Shown one piece after another: positions 38,873-47,675 of a stretch of DNA of 64,000 nt. The position numbers were made by a program, and so were the translations under genes. The stretch is from the NCBI GenBank assembly GCA_964611035.1, contig CAZSWT010000002.1, positions 7,437 to 71,436 on the forward strand. Reading direction: 5' to 3'. The stretch is from an uncultured Desulfobacteraceae bacterium (GTDB taxonomy: Bacteria > Desulfobacterota > DSM-4660 > Desulfatiglandales > B25-G16). The notes beneath the pieces were generated by a model. The model made no database searches and was not told the DNA's origin. It worked only from the letters and a program-made list of their open reading frames with translations. The stretch's first letter is position 1; the number at the start of each line of letters is the position of its first letter.

Positions 38873-39646
38873 TTATTTATGGGAGTTAAGCTTAAACACT
38901 ATTTGTAATCCATCCAGGGTCAAGAATTCTTCAATATAATCGATGTTCTCAGCTTCTGATTTTATCAATGTGGCAAGGCCACCTGTTGCAATAACGGTAA
39001 GATTAGATCCCATCTCTTTTTTTATGCGATTTACTATTCCATCAACGAGGCCAGCATAACCATACACAAGGCCTGAATTTATACTGCTTATGGTTTCCTT
39101 GGCTATTACAGATTTAGGTTTGTCAAATATCTCAACTCGAGGTAGCTTAGAGGCCTTTTGAAAAAGAGCCTCAGCAGAGATAATTATGCCAGGGGCTATT
39201 GCTCCCCCCTCATAGGCACCTTCAGAGGATATGTAATCAAAGGTTGTAGCTGTACCAAAGTCTACCACAATGAGGCCCGTTTTATATTTCTGGTATGCAG
39301 CTATTGCATTAACGATCCTGTCAGCACCAACTTCTTTTGGATTATCATATTTAATGGCTAATCCTGTCTTTATATCCGGGCCAACAATCATTGGTTCATG
39401 TTTAAAATGAAGTAAGCAAAACTCTTTTAGGGAGCTAAGAAGAGGTGGTACAACGCAAGAGATAATTACATCACGTATGCTCTGTATCTCTAATTGTGCT
39501 GGGATAAACAGGTTGTTGATTAATACAGTGAATTCGTCACTGGTCATATCTCTTTCTGTTCTTATTCGCCAGTGATTACGCAGTATATCATCTTGAAAGA
39601 TACCAATAACAATGTTTGTATTACCTGCATCGATACATAGTAGCAT
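38873..39646 (-). CDS. coaX: type III pantothenate kinase
   Basis: MLLCIDAGNTNIVIGIF...VVDFGTATTFD...ATGGLA. The start is taken at ATG 39646. Confidence 0.85.
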   Translation of the reverse strand: MLLCIDAGNTNIVIGIFQDDILRNHWRIRTERDMTSDEFTVLINNLFIPAQLEIQSIRDVIISCVVPPLLSSLKEFCLLHFKHEPMIVGPDIKTGLAIKYDNPKEVGADRIVNAIAAYQKYKTGLIVVDFGTATTFDYISSEGAYEGGAIAPGIIISAEALFQKASKLPRVEIFDKPKSVIAKETISSINSGLVYGYAGLVDGIVNRIKKEMGSNLTVIATGGLATLIKSEAENIDYIEEFLTLDGLQIVFKLNSHK

Positions 39647-39703
39647 AGGAACAAGTATCCAGTGGTTCGACAGGCTCACCATCCTGAGCTATGTCGAAGG
39701 ATT

Positions 39704-40567
39704 TCAAGTTTTGGCTTTCATTATAGCATCAATCATAGTTACTGTCTCTTTGGTGGCCTTCACATTGTGAACCCTCACAATATTTGCTCCATTCAGCACA
39801 GAAGCAGCAACAGTAGCCATTGTACCACTTTCACGAGATTCTAATGAAAGGCCAAGCACATGTCCAATAAAAGCCTTATTAGATGCACCCACCAGAAGTG
39901 GTTGCCCAAGAGAAGAAAATGTATGTAACTTGTTTATTATCTTGAGATTATCATCAAAGGATTTACCAAAGCCAATACCGGGATCAATGATAATAACATC
40001 TCTTTTTATACCTGAACTAATAGCCTGTTCTATGGCCTTGCGTAAGAAATCTATTATTTCACCAAAAAGGTCTTTGTAAGTAGGGTTTGTCTGCATATTT
40101 TTTGGTGTTCCTTTCATATGCATCAACACAATGGGTACGCCTGCATCTGCAACCAATTGACCCATTGTAGGATCAAATTTCAGTGCACTTATGTCGTTGA
40201 CCATTGTGGCACCAGCCTCTATTGCCTGACTGGCTACCTCACTCTTATAGGTATCTATGCTAATTGGAATGTCTATCTCTTGGGCGAGAGTCTTGATAAC
40301 AGGTATTACTCTCCTTAACTCTTCATCAAGTGGGAGGGGATCTGAAAAAGGCCTTGTCGATTCTCCTCCTACATCAATAATATCAGCACCCTCGGCGGCC
40401 ATTTTCAAACCGTGCTTCACTGCATCATTTTCGCGGAAATGAGTACCTCCATCAAAAAAAGAGTCAGGGGTAATATTCAGGATACCCATAATAAATGTTT
40501 TAGAATCAAGCTCAAGATTATAGTCTAACCATTTTAAGTTATTAGCTTTTTTTCCCTTTTGAATCAC
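39704..40567 (-). CDS. folP: dihydropteroate synthase
   Basis: [26 protein letters not shown] and DPGIGFGK. Confidence 0.9.
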   Translation of the reverse strand: MIQKGKKANNLKWLDYNLELDSKTFIMGILNITPDSFFDGGTHFRENDAVKHGLKMAAEGADIIDVGGESTRPFSDPLPLDEELRRVIPVIKTLAQEIDIPISIDTYKSEVASQAIEAGATMVNDISALKFDPTMGQLVADAGVPIVLMHMKGTPKNMQTNPTYKDLFGEIIDFLRKAIEQAISSGIKRDVIIIDPGIGFGKSFDDNLKIINKLHTFSSLGQPLLVGASNKAFIGHVLGLSLESRESGTMATVAASVLNGANIVRVHNVKATKETVTMIDAIMKAKT

Positions 40568-42395
40568 TTTTTTTTCTTTCCGTTGATTTTGTTGTGTGTC
40601 TTTTTCTTCTCTTTTTGCCTACTATTTCATCGATCTCATGGCCATTGAGGGTCTCTTTTTCCAAAAGGGCCTTGGCTAAATTGTTAAGGGTATTTAGGTT
40701 ATTACTTATAAGTTTATGAGTCTTTTTATAGGAAGAATCTATAAGATTATTAACCTCCTCATCAATCTTTCGTGCTGTTTCTTCACTATAATCCCTGTGC
40801 TGGGAAATCTCACGTCCCAAGAATATCTCTTCCTCTTTTTTCCCGAAACTCAATGGGCCGAGTTTTTCGTTCATACCATATTCACAGATCATCTTTCTTG
40901 CTATCTCGGTTGCCCTCTCTATATCATTGCTTGCACCAGTCGTCTGGGTATTTAAGGCGATCTCCTCGGCTATTCTGCCTCCCATCAGGATGCAGATGTT
41001 ATTTGAAAGATACTCCTTTGTATAGGTATGTTTATCATCTAAAGGGAGTTGCTGTGTCAGGCCAAGAGCCATGCCTCTTGGAATTATGGTCACTTTATGT
41101 ATGGGATCGGTATTAGGGAGAAGTTTTGCTATTAAGGTATGTCCTGCTTCATGGTAGGAGGTAGTTTTTTTCTCATCATCGCTTATGATCATGCTCTTCC
41201 TTTCTGCACCCATAAGCACCTTATCTTTCGCATCTTCCATGTCTTGCATATCTATTTTGTCTTTGTTTCTCCTGGCTGCAAGCAACGCTGACTCATTAAC
41301 CATATTTTCAAGGTCTGCACCGGTAAAACCCGGTGTTCCCCTGGCAATTACAGAAAGAGCAACATCATCGCTAATCCTTGTTTTTTTTGTGTGTACCTTT
41401 AATATGTTTTCCCGTCCCCTGACATCAGGCACCGGTACAACTACCTGCCTGTCAAATCTTCCTGGTCGTAATAATGCAGGGTCAAGTACGTCAGGCCTAT
41501 TAGTGGCTGAAATAAGGATAACTCCTTCATTAGATTCGAATCCATCCATTTCCACTAAGAGTTGATTTAATGTTTGTTCTCTTTCATCGTGACCCCCTCC
41601 TAATCCAGCTCCTCGATGTCGACCGACAGCATCAATCTCATCTAAGAAGATGATGCAGGGGGCATTCTTTTTACCCTGGACAAAGAGATCCCTCACCCGG
41701 GATGCTCCGACACCTACAAACATTTCTACAAAATCAGAACCACTTATGCTCAAGAAAGGGACACCTGCCTCTCCTGCTATAGCCCTGGCTAACAAAGTCT
41801 TGCCTGTTCCGGGGGCACCAACCAGAAGCACGCCTTTTGGGATTCTGCCTCCTAAACGGGTAAATTTCTTTGGGTCTCTTAGAAATTCTATAATCTCTTG
41901 AAGTTCTTCCTTAGCTTCTTCAATGCCAGCGACATCATCAAAGGTTACCTTATTTTTTTCGTTAGTTGCCAGCCTTGCCCGGCTTTTCCCGAAAGAGAGT
42001 GCCTTGCCTCCTCCTGCCTGCATTTGGCGCATAAAGAAAATCCAGACACCAATTAAAAGAAGCATAGGGAACCAGGATACAAGAATTGTCATATACCATG
42101 GAGACGCGTCATCCGGTTTTGCAGTTATCTCGATCTCCTTATTGCGTAAGATTTTTATTAGCTCAAGATCCTTAGGTGCAAATGTTTTAAAGAATCTGCC
42201 CTGATTTGAGTTACCAGATATTTTGTCCCCTTGAATGGTTACCTGGCTGACCTCGCCTTGTTCTACCATGTTCAAGAATTCACTATAGCTTAACTGGCCA
42301 GTCTGTTTAGTTTCTTTTTTAAAAATTTGAAATAGCAGGATCATCATAAGGCTGATAACCAGCCAGAGAGTAAGATTTTTAGAAAATGTGTTCAA
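40542..42395 (-). CDS. ftsH: ATP-dependent zinc metalloprotease FtsH
   Basis: [41 protein letters not shown] and HEAGH. TTG start sits behind AAAGGAG. Confidence 0.95.
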   Translation of the reverse strand: MNTFSKNLTLWLVISLMMILLFQIFKKETKQTGQLSYSEFLNMVEQGEVSQVTIQGDKISGNSNQGRFFKTFAPKDLELIKILRNKEIEITAKPDDASPWYMTILVSWFPMLLLIGVWIFFMRQMQAGGGKALSFGKSRARLATNEKNKVTFDDVAGIEEAKEELQEIIEFLRDPKKFTRLGGRIPKGVLLVGAPGTGKTLLARAIAGEAGVPFLSISGSDFVEMFVGVGASRVRDLFVQGKKNAPCIIFLDEIDAVGRHRGAGLGGGHDEREQTLNQLLVEMDGFESNEGVILISATNRPDVLDPALLRPGRFDRQVVVPVPDVRGRENILKVHTKKTRISDDVALSVIARGTPGFTGADLENMVNESALLAARRNKDKIDMQDMEDAKDKVLMGAERKSMIISDDEKKTTSYHEAGHTLIAKLLPNTDPIHKVTIIPRGMALGLTQQLPLDDKHTYTKEYLSNNICILMGGRIAEEIALNTQTTGASNDIERATEIARKMICEYGMNEKLGPLSFGKKEEEIFLGREISQHRDYSEETARKIDEEVNNLIDSSYKKTHKLISNNLNTLNNLAKALLEKETLNGHEIDEIVGKKRRKRHTTKSTERKKSDSKGKKS

Positions 42396-42683
42396 CTGTG
42401 TTCTCCTTTATAATCACTTTAAAATTTTATAGTGTCCGTTGATAGTTGTTAGTTGTCCGTGGGTTCACTTACCTGATTTTTGCTTATTACCAATTGATTT
42501 GATATAAGCACTTAATTTAGGAGTTAGTTCTTCAATCAATTTCTGTAATGAATTTATCTCTGTTTCAGATAACAGTTTTCTTTTATATGCCCTTCTAAGC
42601 CAGTGCTTTACTTCAAAGAGAGATCCCCTTGCAATTTTAGCAAATCTCCGATTATCGGCAAAGCTACCACGTCCTGTCCCTTT

Positions 42684-42938
42684 TTACCCTGTTAAATAAG
42701 ATTTGAGCCTCCTTCTTAAAAACATCTTCCCATGAAATGTTTTCAAATATTTTTCCCTCCTTGTTGCATCTTCTTTATCAAGACACGCCTCATAGTAAAT
42801 CAGCTTGAATGGCCCTTTATCCTTTGTAGATTCAACAAGTTGCTTATTTTGTTGCTCAAATCTTAGCTTGAGGTTCTTGATAAACCCTGTATAAAAATCT
42901 TCATCCTTCATGCTATGCAATACATATGTGTAAAACAC
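42684..42938 (-). CDS. GIY-YIG nuclease-domain protein (84 aa)
   Basis: FYTYVLHS...DFYTGFIKNLKLRFEQQNK...REKYLK follows the GIY-(x10)-YIG pattern with conserved Arg/Glu. GTG start sits behind GAGGTTAGG. Confidence 0.75.
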   Translation of the reverse strand: MFYTYVLHSMKDEDFYTGFIKNLKLRFEQQNKQLVESTKDKGPFKLIYYEACLDKEDATRREKYLKTFHGKMFLRRRLKSYLTG

Positions 42939-42965
42939 ATCCTAACCTCAAGCTATTTAACAGGG
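42687..42965 (-). mobile_element. 279-bp GIY-YIG mini-cassette with perfect 12-bp terminal inverted repeats
   Basis: CCCTGTTAAATA at 42687-42698 and its exact reverse complement TATTTAACAGGG at 42954-42965 bracket the 84-codon GIY-YIG ORF. Confidence 0.6.
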
Positions 42966-43247
42966 CAAGTATTTGCCCCTATACTGTCTGCTGAATTTAC
43001 CAGTTGTTTGCCAATTGTACCCTGAGGAAAACGGTCCCATTTTAAAACTACTCCCCATACAAAATCTGCTATTTCCTCTGCTAATTGATAAACACGAAGA
43101 TTTTCAAACCCTGTCCTCGCCATACCATTGTATCCTATCATATCTCGTTTCTAATTCAGCAACGGACAATTGACAATGATCGACTGACATTGTCTAAAAT
43201 AGACAAATTATAAAAATATCATTTAAAATTTTTTAGTATAGCACATT

Positions 43248-44681
43248 TCATTCAACTTTACATCTTAAAATCCTTTTTGTTTCCTGTTTGATCTTGTATC
43301 TATCATCAATCCTTATGCCATAAACCCACACTATATCATCATGGCTTACAAGAATAGGAATTTTTTTTCTCTCCTCCGATGGAATTTTATTATCAATAAA
43401 GATATCTTTCACCTTTTTAAACCCATTCACACCAAGGGGTATAAATTTGTCTCCCGTTCTGAAGTTTCTTGCTCTCAGAGGCCATTTGAGCCTGTCAAGG
43501 TCAAGGAATGCCTCTTCAGGCGAATGAGCGGACAACATGAAATCATTTTTAGATATCTCCGAGAAGGAGATTGTTTTATTGATCTCATGAATTTGAAATT
43601 TCCCCATATTATTTATAGAGTAGGAGAAATTGTGAGTTTCAATCATATCTCCTAAAGAAAATCTGAGCCTATTATATATCTTCTTTACTATAATATTTTC
43701 AGGAAGATTTACTTTGATTTGAGGTTTATCACTATTGATGAGATTTATAATAGTCTTGATATGCCCTCTATCAATCTTTTTGAGGTTTCCCTTTATTTTT
43801 TGTATTGCCTGCCTGATAATACGATACTGAAGAGAACATGAGATGGTATTAAAGGTGGTAAGGGAAAGGTCTAAGGAATGTTTTGAGGAATCAAAAGTTA
43901 TCTTCTTCAATGCTTTCTTTGCCTCTTCATCTATAAATTGGGTTTCTTGTCTGCATAGAAATGCAAGTTCACCTAAGTGTTCGACAAGCTTTGGTTGATA
44001 GTCAAGAAGTAGTGGTAGCAACTCTAAGCGTATCTTGTTTCTTAGATACCTTGTTTCAAGGTTTGAACTATCTATTATAAAAGATTCGTCATTTTGTTTT
44101 AAATAGGTATGGATTTCATCCCTCGTTATATCTATGAGAGGTCTTATAAAACAATTTTGTCGAATTGGAGGTATTCCGGATAAACCGGTTAGCCCAGTCC
44201 CCCTTAGAAAATGCATAAGAACTGTTTCTGCCTGGTCATTCATATTATGGCCAAGGGCGAGCTTTTGGGCATGATTTTCATCTATTGTTTTTTGAAAAAA
44301 TTGATATCTCATCTCTCTTGCTTTTTCCTCAATAGAGCTCGCATGTGCCTTTGTTATGTTATTTGACTTATCACAGACCAAAGCCAGGTTTAGTCTCTTC
44401 GCTAACTTGGCAACAAATTCTGTTTCTATTTCATCTTCTTTGGGTCTCAATCCATGATCAAAATGGGCAACAGTTAGACTGATATTCAAGCACTTCCTAA
44501 GTTCATAAAGGATTTTCAAAAGGCAAACAGAATCTGCTCCTCCAGATACAGCTACAATAACGCTATCCCCCCTGTTGATCATTCGATATTCAAGGATAGC
44601 TGACAAAACCTTTTTTTCAGTGGGATGTAGGTTTAGTTTGTTGATATTTGAAATTTGAAAATTGAAACTTGAAAATGACAT
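43248..44681 (-). CDS. tilS: tRNA(Ile)-lysidine synthetase
   Basis: PP-loop VAVSGGADSVCLL and LALGHNMNDQAET. The start is taken at ATG 44681; the first about 12 codons are encoded by TTCAA word repeats. Confidence 0.85.
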   Translation of the reverse strand: MSFSSFNFQISNINKLNLHPTEKKVLSAILEYRMINRGDSVIVAVSGGADSVCLLKILYELRKCLNISLTVAHFDHGLRPKEDEIETEFVAKLAKRLNLALVCDKSNNITKAHASSIEEKAREMRYQFFQKTIDENHAQKLALGHNMNDQAETVLMHFLRGTGLTGLSGIPPIRQNCFIRPLIDITRDEIHTYLKQNDESFIIDSSNLETRYLRNKIRLELLPLLLDYQPKLVEHLGELAFLCRQETQFIDEEAKKALKKITFDSSKHSLDLSLTTFNTISCSLQYRIIRQAIQKIKGNLKKIDRGHIKTIINLINSDKPQIKVNLPENIIVKKIYNRLRFSLGDMIETHNFSYSINNMGKFQIHEINKTISFSEISKNDFMLSAHSPEEAFLDLDRLKWPLRARNFRTGDKFIPLGVNGFKKVKDIFIDNKIPSEERKKIPILVSHDDIVWVYGIRIDDRYKIKQETKRILRCKVE

Positions 44682-44917
44682 ATAAAACTCATACCTTATA
44701 TTCAATCCCTTAATAATATGATAACCGTTCACGGTTCACCGTTATCCGTTGTCCGAAAGGGGAGATATTCATCTGGATCAACCCATTGTTTGGGCTGTTG
44801 ATGGATTGTCTATTTAAGCGGTTCACTGCCACTGTTGGCTTATCGGTGAACGCTTACATAATACAATAAATAAATCCCAGCTTTGACGAGGTAAATTAAA
44901 TATAAGATTAAATCGTC

Positions 44918-45086
44918 ATAAATCAAGTTTCAAGTATCAAATATACATTGACCTGTGATAGTAAGTTTTATTAAAATTCTAAAATGGTCAGGGGGTTAAC
45001 AAGTAGCATTACTAAAATTTAAAGTTATAAGTAATCAAAGTCACAGAATATCAAAATAAATCAAGTTTCAAGTTTCAAGTATCAAG
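44918..45086. repeat. direct repeats ATAAATCAAGTTTCAAGTATCAA flanking about 115 bp upstream of dgt
   Basis: Copies lie at 44918-44940 and 45056-45086 (the latter with one extra TTCAAG unit). An inverted related copy lies at 44641-44678, inside the tilS 5' end. Confidence 0.6.
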
Positions 45087-45094
45087 TCTCAGCA

Positions 45095-46264
45095 ATGAAT
45101 AAGGCCAAAATCTTAAAAGATATTAAACAACAACTCCGTCTTTTAGAAAAGGATAGGCTTTCTCCTTATGCTACCTTGAGCACTCAGGCTGTCAGACGAA
45201 GAGAGGAGCCAGAGATTGTTGACAGCCACAGGGAGGATTTTTCGATTGATGCAGATAGGATTCTCCATTCTTTAGCCTATTCCCGATACATTGATAAGAC
45301 CCAGGTTTTCTATCTTATAAAAAATGATCACATTACCCATCGCGTCCTTCATGTGCAATTAGTCTCCAAGATTGGCAGAACGATAGGCCGTCTTTTACGA
45401 CTTAATGAGGATCTTATCGAGGCTATTGCTCTTGGCCACGATATAGGTCATACACCGTTTGGCCACGATGGTGAGAGGTTCCTTTCAGATTTATCTCAAA
45501 AATATGGGCTGGGTAATTTTTTACACAACGTACAAGGTGTGCGTTTTTTAGAGGCAATAGAAAGGAAGGGAGTTGGTTGGAACTTATCTCTTCAGGTTTT
45601 GGATGGCATCCTTTGTCATAATGGCGAGGTGCATAATCCTGCCTTATATCCTGATAAAGATAAAGATTTTACTCGATTGGAAGAAGATATAAAAAAGGTA
45701 ATAGAGGATCCAAATGCACCTATCTGGCCTATGACAATAGAGGGATGCACCGTGAGGATGGCAGATACCATTAGTTATATAGGGAGAGATATAGAGGATG
45801 CAATCAGACTGGGTTTGATAAAAAGGAATGAAATGCCGCCGGATTGTCGCCGTATATTGGGAGAAACAAATGGAACTATTGTATATACCCTGGTTGAGGA
45901 TTTAATAGCGGAAAGCCTGGAGAAACCCTCTCTCTCATTTAGCCCTGAGGTTGCACACGCCTTAAAAAGGCTTAAAGATTTCAACCAAGAGTTTATATAT
46001 ACCAATCCCAAGACGAAAAGCCAAACCGATAAGTTACTATTGATGTTTGAGATGCTTTTTAATAAATATTATAATGATCTAAAAGCAGGTAATGATAATT
46101 CAGTTATTTTTAAAGAATTTTTAGATGGGATGTCCTCTCAGTATAGAGATACTACACCTCTTGCCATGATTGTCCGGGATTTTATCTCTGGAATGACAGA
46201 TGATTATTTTTTACGCCAATGCCAGGAGAACCTCATGCCCCAGATATTATCAGGGCATTATTGA
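45095..46264 (+). CDS. dgt: dGTP triphosphohydrolase-like HD protein
   Basis: DFSIDADRILHSLAYSRYIDKTQVF, THRVLHVQLVS and GHDIGHTPFGHDGE. Confidence 0.85.
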   Translation: MNKAKILKDIKQQLRLLEKDRLSPYATLSTQAVRRREEPEIVDSHREDFSIDADRILHSLAYSRYIDKTQVFYLIKNDHITHRVLHVQLVSKIGRTIGRLLRLNEDLIEAIALGHDIGHTPFGHDGERFLSDLSQKYGLGNFLHNVQGVRFLEAIERKGVGWNLSLQVLDGILCHNGEVHNPALYPDKDKDFTRLEEDIKKVIEDPNAPIWPMTIEGCTVRMADTISYIGRDIEDAIRLGLIKRNEMPPDCRRILGETNGTIVYTLVEDLIAESLEKPSLSFSPEVAHALKRLKDFNQEFIYTNPKTKSQTDKLLLMFEMLFNKYYNDLKAGNDNSVIFKEFLDGMSSQYRDTTPLAMIVRDFISGMTDDYFLRQCQENLMPQILSGHY

Positions 46265-46324
46265 AACATTTTGGAATTTCTACAACCTATTGCATAGATC
46301 TCTTAGTTTCAATGGATTTATACT

Positions 46325-46487
46325 CCAATTGTAACTTCTCTATAAGTCCGGGTAATTCCTTGCCAATGCCATTTGCCGTCATTGCGAGGAGCGGAGCGAC
46401 GTGGCAATCTCATTGCTATAATAGAGATTGCTTCGCTTTGCTCGCAATGACAGAACCCGAACTTATTGAGAAGTTACCTCCAATTGG
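46325..46487. repeat. nested palindromes: outer IR enclosing a gene-less GTCATTGCGAG hairpin (46378-46451)
   Basis: Outer arm CCAATTGTAACTTCTCTATAAGTCCGGGT pairs with the reverse complement of ACCCGAACTTATTGAGAAGTTACCTCCAATTGG. Inner element: GTCATTGCGAGGAGCGGAGCGACGTGGCAATCT-loop-AGATTGCTTCGCTTTGCTCGCAATGAC. Confidence 0.7.
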
Positions 46488-46590
46488 GGCGAATGCCCCA
46501 AACTCATAGCTAAATAATAGCTATTTTTAAGCTACATTGTAACTACTTGTTACTGTTACAATTTTCTCAAATATTTTTTTCAAAAACTTG

Positions 46591-46619
46591 TTGACAAACA
46601 AATTATAAAAAAGTAGATA
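46591..46619 (+). promoter_or_regulatory. possible sigma70 promoter upstream of the ABC operon
   Basis: TTGACA 46591-46596, a 17-nt spacer, and TAGATA 46614-46619. Confidence 0.3.
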
Positions 46620-46757
46620 ACCAAAGTTAATCACTCAATTGTTGGAAAAATCCTTTTTTTTACAGTAAATATGCTCTCATTATTATACATTCCTCATAAG
46701 CTTAAAGTAGTCTTTAGAAATAAAAAATTATTAAAGATTATAGAAGAACCCAAAGAA

Positions 46758-46794
46758 CCTGTTATGTAATATAATTTTACATAATAGGTTTTTT
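46758..46794 (+). terminator. intrinsic-terminator-like hairpin in the operon leader (possible attenuator)
   Basis: CCTGTTATGTAA-TATAATT-TTACATAATAGG forms a 12-bp stem with one G-U pair, followed by TTTTTT. It lies 59 nt upstream of the first operon start codon. Confidence 0.5.
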
Positions 46795-46852
46795 ACTTTT
46801 TATTTATCCAATTACAACAAATGTAAAAGCTAAATATGGAGGCTTAAACGGT

Positions 46853-47674
46853 ATGAACACCGCAGGTGAAGCAAAAGAAGGGGATGTTCTCCTAAAACTC
46901 GAAAATATTCATATGGCCTTTGGAAAGGTAGCTGCCTTGAATGGTGTTGACTTAGAGGTAAAAAAGGGAGAGATACATTCTATTATTGGGCCAAATGGTG
47001 CTGGCAAAACAGTGATGATGAACTGTATTAATGGCCTTTATCGCCCCCAGCAGGGAAATATTTTTTTTAAGGGACAGAAAATTAATAATCTTGCTCCTCA
47101 TAAGATTGCTGCTCTTGGAATCGGCAGGACCTTCCAGAAGCTTGAGCTGTATGGTGGAATGACCGTTACTGAAAATATCAGGATGGGCTCCCACATACAT
47201 CTCAAAAGTAATATCCTGAGTGGCTCTATTTATGTCGGTAATCCAAAAAGAGAAGAGATAGAAGACCGAAAATTTATCGAGGAGGAAATCATCGATTTGT
47301 TAGAGATCGAGTCTATCCGTGATCAGGTTGCACACATGCTTCCTTATGGCTCACAGAAGAGAGTTGAGCTCGGAAGGGCCCTGGCGCTCAGGCCAGAGGT
47401 TATCCTTTTGGATGAACCCATGGCAGGCTTGAACTTAGAAGAAGTTGAAGACATGGCCAGGTTTATTCTCGACATAAACGAAGAGAAACGCTGGAAGATA
47501 ACCTGTGTATTAGTAGAGCACGATATGGGTGTGGTAATGGATATCTCCCACAGGGTTCTTGTCCTTGATTTCGGCAATATGGTCACTGATGGAACCCCGG
47601 ATGAGGTTGGCAAAAACCCCCAGGTTGTTAAGGCATATTTAGGTGAAGAGGATCTTTACGTAACAAGGAGATAA
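46853..47674 (+). CDS. livG: Liv-type ABC transporter ATP-binding protein
   Basis: Walker A GPNGAGKT, signature-like YGSQKRVELGRAL, Walker B ILLDEPMAGL, and the VEHDM motif typical of LivG. Confidence 0.85.
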   Translation: MNTAGEAKEGDVLLKLENIHMAFGKVAALNGVDLEVKKGEIHSIIGPNGAGKTVMMNCINGLYRPQQGNIFFKGQKINNLAPHKIAALGIGRTFQKLELYGGMTVTENIRMGSHIHLKSNILSGSIYVGNPKREEIEDRKFIEEEIIDLLEIESIRDQVAHMLPYGSQKRVELGRALALRPEVILLDEPMAGLNLEEVEDMARFILDINEEKRWKITCVLVEHDMGVVMDISHRVLVLDFGNMVTDGTPDEVGKNPQVVKAYLGEEDLYVTRR

Positions 47675-47675
47675 A

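Larger units (their letters stand above)
42465..43141 (-). pseudogene. four-helix-bundle protein gene (23S rRNA IVS protein / Avd family) split by an insertion
   Basis: N-terminal half 43141-42971: ...FENLRVYQLAEEIADFVW...GKQLVNSADSIGAN, then out-of-family TCPVK*. C-terminal half 42680-42465: GTGRGSFADNRRFAKIARGSLFEVKHWLRRAY...*. Confidence 0.7.
42428..43195 (-). mobile_element. IR-bounded four-helix-bundle gene cassette (disrupted copy) in the ftsH-tilS spacer
   Basis: An imperfect inverted repeat of about 40 nt built on CAACGGACA words brackets the gene. 43153-43195 (CAACGGACAATTGACAATGATCGACTGACATTG) pairs with the reverse complement of 42428-42464 (CCACGGACAACTAACAACTATCAACGGACAC). Confidence 0.5.

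Noticed and set aside
46219-46509. 96-aa ORF overlapping the end of dgt and crossing the nested palindromes
   Set aside because: The reading frame is maintained only through repeat DNA (VIARSGATWQSH-type peptides characteristic of translated palindromes). There is no RBS or motif.
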